Below are positions 59,333 through 64,000 of a stretch of 64,000 nt of DNA, in pieces. The notes below the pieces were generated by a model. The model worked only from the letters and a program-made list of their open reading frames with translations. It was not told where the DNA came from and made no database searches. Source of the stretch: an uncultured Gemmatimonadaceae bacterium (GTDB lineage: Bacteria; Gemmatimonadota; Gemmatimonadetes; Gemmatimonadales; Gemmatimonadaceae); assembly GCA_963817955.1 (NCBI GenBank), contig CAWFQK010000004.1, positions 1,472,001-1,536,000 of the forward strand, in the 5' to 3' direction. Position 1 is the first letter of the stretch. Each line of letters starts with the position of its first letter. The translations under genes and the position numbers were made by a program.

Positions 59333-60031
59333 ATGCCACCTCCGAAACGCCATCGCCCCGAGCGCACGACCCCGTCCGATTGGCTCCGGCTTGCGATTCC
59401 GTTCATCGGGATCACCGCGTTGCTGCTGCTGGCGTGGCATCTCGGCTACTTCAATCTCGAAAACCCCAACCGGTTGACGGCGGCGGCCGCCGAGGAACGC
59501 CGCACGCCCTGGATCGGGCCGATCTTCGTGGCCGTCCTCGCCGTGAGTGCCGCGCTCGCCGTGCCGATCACACCGCTCGCGTATATCGGTGGTGCGTTGT
59601 TCGGACTGGCGCGCGGCGAGCTATTCGTATGGATCGGTTGCATGCTCGGCGGGACGTCCGGATATTGGCTCGCCCGCAGCGTCTGGGCGTCGCCCGCTCG
59701 AAAGCTCCTCGCGCGGTACCAGGAGACATTCCAAGCCCTGCGCGAGGGCAAGCCGTTTCTGACGACGTTGCGCACGCAACTGACGCCGTTCATGCCCTTT
59801 GGCGCCTTCAACTACGCCGCCGCGGTCACTCGTCTGCCGTTCATCCCGTTCATCATCGGCAGCGCACTCGGCATCATCCCAAACACCACCGCCATCGTCT
59901 TCGTGGGTGATCGCATCATGGCTGGCCTTCACGGCGCCGACAAGACGCCGCTCTGGATCGGCGCCGGCGTCGCAGTTGGGTTGGTCGCGTTGACGTTCGT
60001 GCCGACGGTAATCAAGCGGTTGCGGCGGTAG
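59333..60031 (+). CDS. TVP38/TMEM64 (VTT/DedA superfamily) membrane protein
   Basis: GGALFG..GCMLGG..YWLAR; PFMPFGAFNYAAA..FIIGSALGIIP. Confidence 0.88.
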   Translation: MPPPKRHRPERTTPSDWLRLAIPFIGITALLLLAWHLGYFNLENPNRLTAAAAEERRTPWIGPIFVAVLAVSAALAVPITPLAYIGGALFGLARGELFVWIGCMLGGTSGYWLARSVWASPARKLLARYQETFQALREGKPFLTTLRTQLTPFMPFGAFNYAAAVTRLPFIPFIIGSALGIIPNTTAIVFVGDRIMAGLHGADKTPLWIGAGVAVGLVALTFVPTVIKRLRR

Positions 60032-60033
60032 GA

Positions 60034-60425
60034 GAGACACGGGACACGAGACACGGGACACGGGACACGGGGGTGGGACACGAGACACGGGACACGGGAA
60101 ACTCACAACGCACAACTCACAACTGGAAACTCGAAACTCGCCGACCGGTGGGCCGACCGGTACGGAGCAGCCAGCGACAACCAGCCGGTCGATAGAGATC
60201 CTTCGCTTCGCTCAGGATGACACGCCCTCGCTCAGGATGACAGGCATCGCAGGTGGTCAGTTGTCAGTTGTCAGTTGTCAGTTGTCAGTTGTCAGTTGTC
60301 AGTTGTCAGTGTACGGGTCATGCGCACCAGGGTGCCTGGCTCGCTGGCCACTATCGCCGGTCGGCGAGGTTCGGGTGTCCAGTTGTGAGTTGTGAGTTGT
60401 GAGTTTCTAACAACGCACAACGCGT
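60034..60425. repeat. Composite intergenic repeat: heptamer arrays, family A inverted pair, family B copies
   Basis: (GRGACAC)n 60034-60095; 51-bp inverted repeats 60098-60148 / 60357-60407 (47/51); family B 60194-60242; (GTCAGTT) about x8 at 60256-60310. Confidence 0.9.
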
Positions 60426-60480
60426 CACTCATCACACACAACCCATCACCATCCACCCTCCCCTCGCCGACGTTCACGCC

Positions 60481-61557
60481 TCACCGAATGCTCGCGCCCA
60501 GAATGATCGGCACGTAGTTCGTCCGCTCAGTCGATGTGAAGATCCGCACGTACCGGGACTCGAGGAAGAGCTCCGTCGAGCCAAAGCCGAATGACACGCC
60601 ACCGCCGGCGTTGGCGCCGAACCGCCAGAGCGATCCGTTGCTCCCGACCGAAGCAACCGGCAACCCATCTGCGTTGAGATTGGTGAAGGGATTCGTCAGA
60701 CCGAACGTCTGCGCGTAGTTGCGCAGGTAGTGCGCATCGACGCCGCCCAACACATAGATCCCTGTCGTCGCGCCGTTGGCGAAGCGGCCCGTGAAGGGCA
60801 GCCGGAGCTTCAGGTCGCCGAGCGCCGACCAGATCTGCGGGTTCTCACTCGTCAACGCCACCACGTTCCCCGTCGGCGTTCCATTTCGGAACGATGAGCG
60901 TGCACTGAAGTTGTTGTATGTCAGATCGAGTCGCAGGCCGAATATGGATGTCGGAGAATCCCAGCCGAGCGGCACGCCGATGTTGACCCCGGTGTTGTAC
61001 GCATCACGAATGGATGACGTAGGCACGGCTGCACCCGCACCGATTCCCACGTAGAAGTTGCCATAGTGCCGTATGACCATCGGCATCGGAGGCGGAGGCG
61101 TCGTCGTCGTTTCCGGCATGACCAGCGCCGTCGTGTCCGGCGCGGGCGCGACAATGGTCGTTTCCGGCCTCGTGATGATCGTGTCCACGATACCGCTCGC
61201 GGTGCCGGTCGTCACGGCCTCCTTGGTGATCGGAATACGCGTGGTGGATGTGGCGTTCAGCTGAGTCGCGTTCATGTGCTTCGTGCTCAGGCGCGTCCTA
61301 CGCGCGTGACGAACGTGATGCTTGGTGGTTCGAGCCTTCGCACAACTCGCCTTCAGTTTGGCCCTATCGCCCGCGCCCATCTTGGCCATGTCGCCCGCGC
61401 TCATCCCGCGCCGGGAGAGGCACGTGGTGTCCCTCATCTGACTCGTCTGTCGGCTAGCCATCTGGCCGCTGGTCTGCTGCGCGCGGGCCAGACTGACGGT
61501 GCAGATCAGCGCGACGACCGTCCCGCTCAGCTGTAGCCCTGTCACTCGCAAATTCAT
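60481..61557 (-). CDS. Outer-membrane beta-barrel protein with low-complexity N-terminal extension
   Basis: Signal peptide; Thr/Pro linker; FYVGIGAG, FGLRLDLTYN, FGANAGGG, LFLESRY, VPIILG strands. Confidence 0.8.
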   Translation of the reverse strand: MNLRVTGLQLSGTVVALICTVSLARAQQTSGQMASRQTSQMRDTTCLSRRGMSAGDMAKMGAGDRAKLKASCAKARTTKHHVRHARRTRLSTKHMNATQLNATSTTRIPITKEAVTTGTASGIVDTIITRPETTIVAPAPDTTALVMPETTTTPPPPMPMVIRHYGNFYVGIGAGAAVPTSSIRDAYNTGVNIGVPLGWDSPTSIFGLRLDLTYNNFSARSSFRNGTPTGNVVALTSENPQIWSALGDLKLRLPFTGRFANGATTGIYVLGGVDAHYLRNYAQTFGLTNPFTNLNADGLPVASVGSNGSLWRFGANAGGGVSFGFGSTELFLESRYVRIFTSTERTNYVPIILGASIR

Positions 61558-61728
61558 GATCTCTCCTCTCGCTGCTGTGCTCCAGAATACCGCACGACTA
61601 TCGTGCGCCACGAACACAGCGGAGGAGGCAGGTGACATGCCACACGTTGGCGCGGCGGCGCAAAGGCCGGCGCTAAGAACAATCAGAGCTTACTGATGAG
61701 CCACGCGCGTGCGACCGAGTCCAGTCCG

Positions 61729-63741
61729 CTATGTGGCGAGCGGAATCTGCACCGTGAACGTCGAGCCCTTGCCGACTTCGCTCGCCACCGTGATGTCCCC
61801 GCCCATCGCTCGCGCGAAATCGCGGCTGATCGCGAGCCCAAGGCCCGTACCAGGCTGCGTGCGCGTCAAGGCGTCGTCCACCTGCACAAAAGGCTCGAAG
61901 ATCGCCTGCAGCCGACTGCCCGGAATGCCGGTTCCAGTATCGACCACCGCAATGGCCGCGCGATCCCCATCGAGCGCTGCGCGAACCCGGATCGCGCCAT
62001 GACTCGGCGTGAACTTGATCGCGTTGCCGACCAGGTTCACGAGAATCTGCTTCAAGCGATGACGATCGGCGATCACGCGCAACGACTGCGGCGCCGGCGA
62101 AACGGACAGTTCGATGTGCTTTGCCGCGGCCTGTGGCTCGACGAACGGCGTCAACTCGGCCATCACGTCCTGCACCGCCACCACCGCCATGTCGAGCCGC
62201 GTGCGACCGGCCTCGAGCCGCGCGAAGTCGAGCACGTCGTCGATCAGTTGCGCGAGATGCGTCTGACTGCGCTCGATGCGGCCGAGCACCTCGGCCTGCT
62301 GGTCGGTGATCGGGCCGTAGATGCCCGACCGAATGAGTTGCGCGAAGCCGAGGGCCGCCTGCAACGGCGTTCGCAACTCGTGGCTCATCGACGCGAGAAA
62401 CGCCGCCTTGGCGCGATTCGCCGCTTCGGCCTCGGCGCGCGCGAGACGCTCGGCGTCAAAGAGACGCCCGCGCTCGAAGGCGTCGGCGGCGATACGCGAC
62501 AGCGCGGTGATGAACGATGCTTCCGTCGCACTCGCCGAGTGTGGATGATTCCATCGAACCACCACGGCCCCAAGCACGCGGCCGTTGCTCTCCATCGGGA
62601 TTGCGGCCACCGCTTGCACGCCTTCCGTGACGTGTATGAGCGCGAGGTCGGGAAACCTCTTGCGAATCTCCTCTGCAGTTCCCAGAATGATCGGCCGTCC
62701 GGTTCGAATCGCGACGCGCAACGGCGTTTCTTGATCCAGCGACAGCGTGGCTCCGACATGCATGGTGGGCATGCCGCGTGTCGCAAGCGTGCGGATCGTG
62801 TCTCCCGATGGCTCGACCGCGGAGAGCACGCCGGAATCCGCGTCGAGCGCCTGGATAGCCTGATCGAGGATGAGTCGCGCGGCCGCATCGAGCGACAGCG
62901 CACTACTCAAGCCTTCCGTTGCGGCCTGCAAACGTTCCGCGCGGCGTTCGGACTCCTCAGCGGTGAGCCGCGCTGCTTCGGCGTGTTCCTTCGCGCGGTG
63001 CGCTTCCGTCGCGGACTCTTGCACAGATTCCATCTGAGCTTCGAGCTCGATCGCCTGCTCCTGCAATCGCTCGTTGGCCACACTGACCTCGTCGAGCGCG
63101 GCATGGCGGTCGGCCAACGCGGCATCGAAATTCCGGTTGACGAGCAATGCCGACATTCCGGAGACCAGGGCTCCAACGACAATGATGACGAACACGGCTC
63201 CGGTGTCTCGGTCCTCGTCTTTCCGGCCGACGGCAAGACGCCGCTCGTCTTGGTCCTCAATGGCAGTCACGAGCCGCCGCACTTCCGACATCAGCTGTCT
63301 GCCCTCACCGGACGAGACCATGCTCTGCGCGGCGTCTGCACGCCCTGCGACCACGTCCGCCAGAACCCTTTCGATGGACCCCAGCCGCTCGCGCGCCACG
63401 ATGGCGAGCGTATCGACGCGCGCCGACTGCGCGGCATCGGTGTGCGTCTGTGCCTTCAGGATCGCAATCAAGCTGTCGACGCGAGCGGGCGCGCGGTAAT
63501 ACGGAAGGAGAAAAGCCGAATCCCGGGCAATGATCCACCCCCGCTCCGCGGTCTCCGCGTCGAGCAGGGCGTCCAGCACCAACGTGGACGATGCTATGAC
63601 ATCGCGGGTATTCGCCACGTTCCGGCGCGTCACCATCATTCGCTCCAGCGCGACGACCGACAGCACGCCGACGAGCAGCACGATGAGCGCTGGTCCGAAG
63701 ACCAGCGCGTGTCGTATCAGACGATGCCGGCGGTCAGGCAT
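61729..63741 (-). CDS. CHASE3-GAF sensor histidine kinase
   Basis: LLDAETAERGW..FLLPY (CHASE3), GAF, MSHELRTP, NLVGNAIKFT, GTGLGLAI. Confidence 0.92.
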   Translation of the reverse strand: MPDRRHRLIRHALVFGPALIVLLVGVLSVVALERMMVTRRNVANTRDVIASSTLVLDALLDAETAERGWIIARDSAFLLPYYRAPARVDSLIAILKAQTHTDAAQSARVDTLAIVARERLGSIERVLADVVAGRADAAQSMVSSGEGRQLMSEVRRLVTAIEDQDERRLAVGRKDEDRDTGAVFVIIVVGALVSGMSALLVNRNFDAALADRHAALDEVSVANERLQEQAIELEAQMESVQESATEAHRAKEHAEAARLTAEESERRAERLQAATEGLSSALSLDAAARLILDQAIQALDADSGVLSAVEPSGDTIRTLATRGMPTMHVGATLSLDQETPLRVAIRTGRPIILGTAEEIRKRFPDLALIHVTEGVQAVAAIPMESNGRVLGAVVVRWNHPHSASATEASFITALSRIAADAFERGRLFDAERLARAEAEAANRAKAAFLASMSHELRTPLQAALGFAQLIRSGIYGPITDQQAEVLGRIERSQTHLAQLIDDVLDFARLEAGRTRLDMAVVAVQDVMAELTPFVEPQAAAKHIELSVSPAPQSLRVIADRHRLKQILVNLVGNAIKFTPSHGAIRVRAALDGDRAAIAVVDTGTGIPGSRLQAIFEPFVQVDDALTRTQPGTGLGLAISRDFARAMGGDITVASEVGKGSTFTVQIPLAT

Positions 63742-63765
63742 GCGCGGGCGAGACGCTCGGTTCGG

Positions 63766-63954
63766 TTAGCGTGGCTTTCCGCCGATGAAACGCGAATAGA
63801 CTTCCGGGCCCATGGTCCCCCCGCCGACCACAATCACCGTACCGCGCAGCGGACCGACCGTCGGAACGGCCGATCCCTTCGTCGCGGTCTGCGCGACAAG
63901 GCTGAGTGGCAGGACGAATGTGGCGACGACGCACGCACGACGCGCGACTGACAT
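63766..63954 (-). pseudogene. Truncated secreted cyanophycinase/peptidase S51-like gene (N-terminal fragment)
   Basis: Signal peptide plus VGPLRGTVIVVGGGTMGPEVYSRFI, resembling the cyanophycinase N-terminus, then an abrupt stop; GAGGA RBS. Confidence 0.55.
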
Positions 63955-64000
63955 GGCGATTCCTCGGCTGCGGGGAGACCATTGAGAAGTTATAGGGAGG

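Noticed and set aside
60140..60186. Resemblance of CCGGTACGGAGCAGCC to SRP (4.5S) RNA helix 8 (CAGGTCCGGAAGGAAGCAGC)
   Set aside because: It lacks the CAGG side and GNRA loop, has no long enclosing helix, and occurs in several dispersed copies.
60034..60425. Possible CRISPR array
   Set aside because: The repeats are 7-nt tandem units and inverted repeats without unique, regularly sized spacers; no cas genes in the window.
61696..63951. 751-aa plus-strand ORF
   Set aside because: Antisense shadow of the CHASE3 histidine kinase.

Overview
High-GC bacterial window; the gene repertoire (Oar-like carboxypeptidase-regulatory/TonB receptor, secreted beta-propellers, zinc-ribbon hypothetical, heptamer-rich intergenic repeats) resembles Gemmatimonadota, which is an inference only. 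The left 27 kb is an energy/low-oxygen island. It holds a minus-strand cluster encoding a putative outer-membrane beta-barrel, an 18-CxxCH cytochrome c, a Rieske-fold protein that has lost all four [2Fe-2S] ligands, a cytochrome b whose PEWY Qo motif reads ATWF, and a further cytochrome c cut by the window edge. Next come a complete membrane-bound group 1 [NiFe]-hydrogenase operon (small and large subunits, cytochrome b, protease, hypABFCDE, with a HypA lacking its zinc finger) and USP, BON, CBS, acetate kinase, PNPOx-like and two-component genes that share a candidate operator. The rest is mixed envelope, stress and regulatory genes, including a sigma-region-2-like/FecR fusion, a TonB-type receptor with a C-terminal Spy-like extension, a frameshifted M28 peptidase, two gene remnants and a family of composite intergenic repeats. 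No rRNA, tRNA, CRISPR array or transposase was recognised. The best candidate for an undescribed system is the porin / 18-heme cytochrome / cluster-less Rieske / Qo-degenerate cytochrome b conduit beside the H2-uptake hydrogenase.
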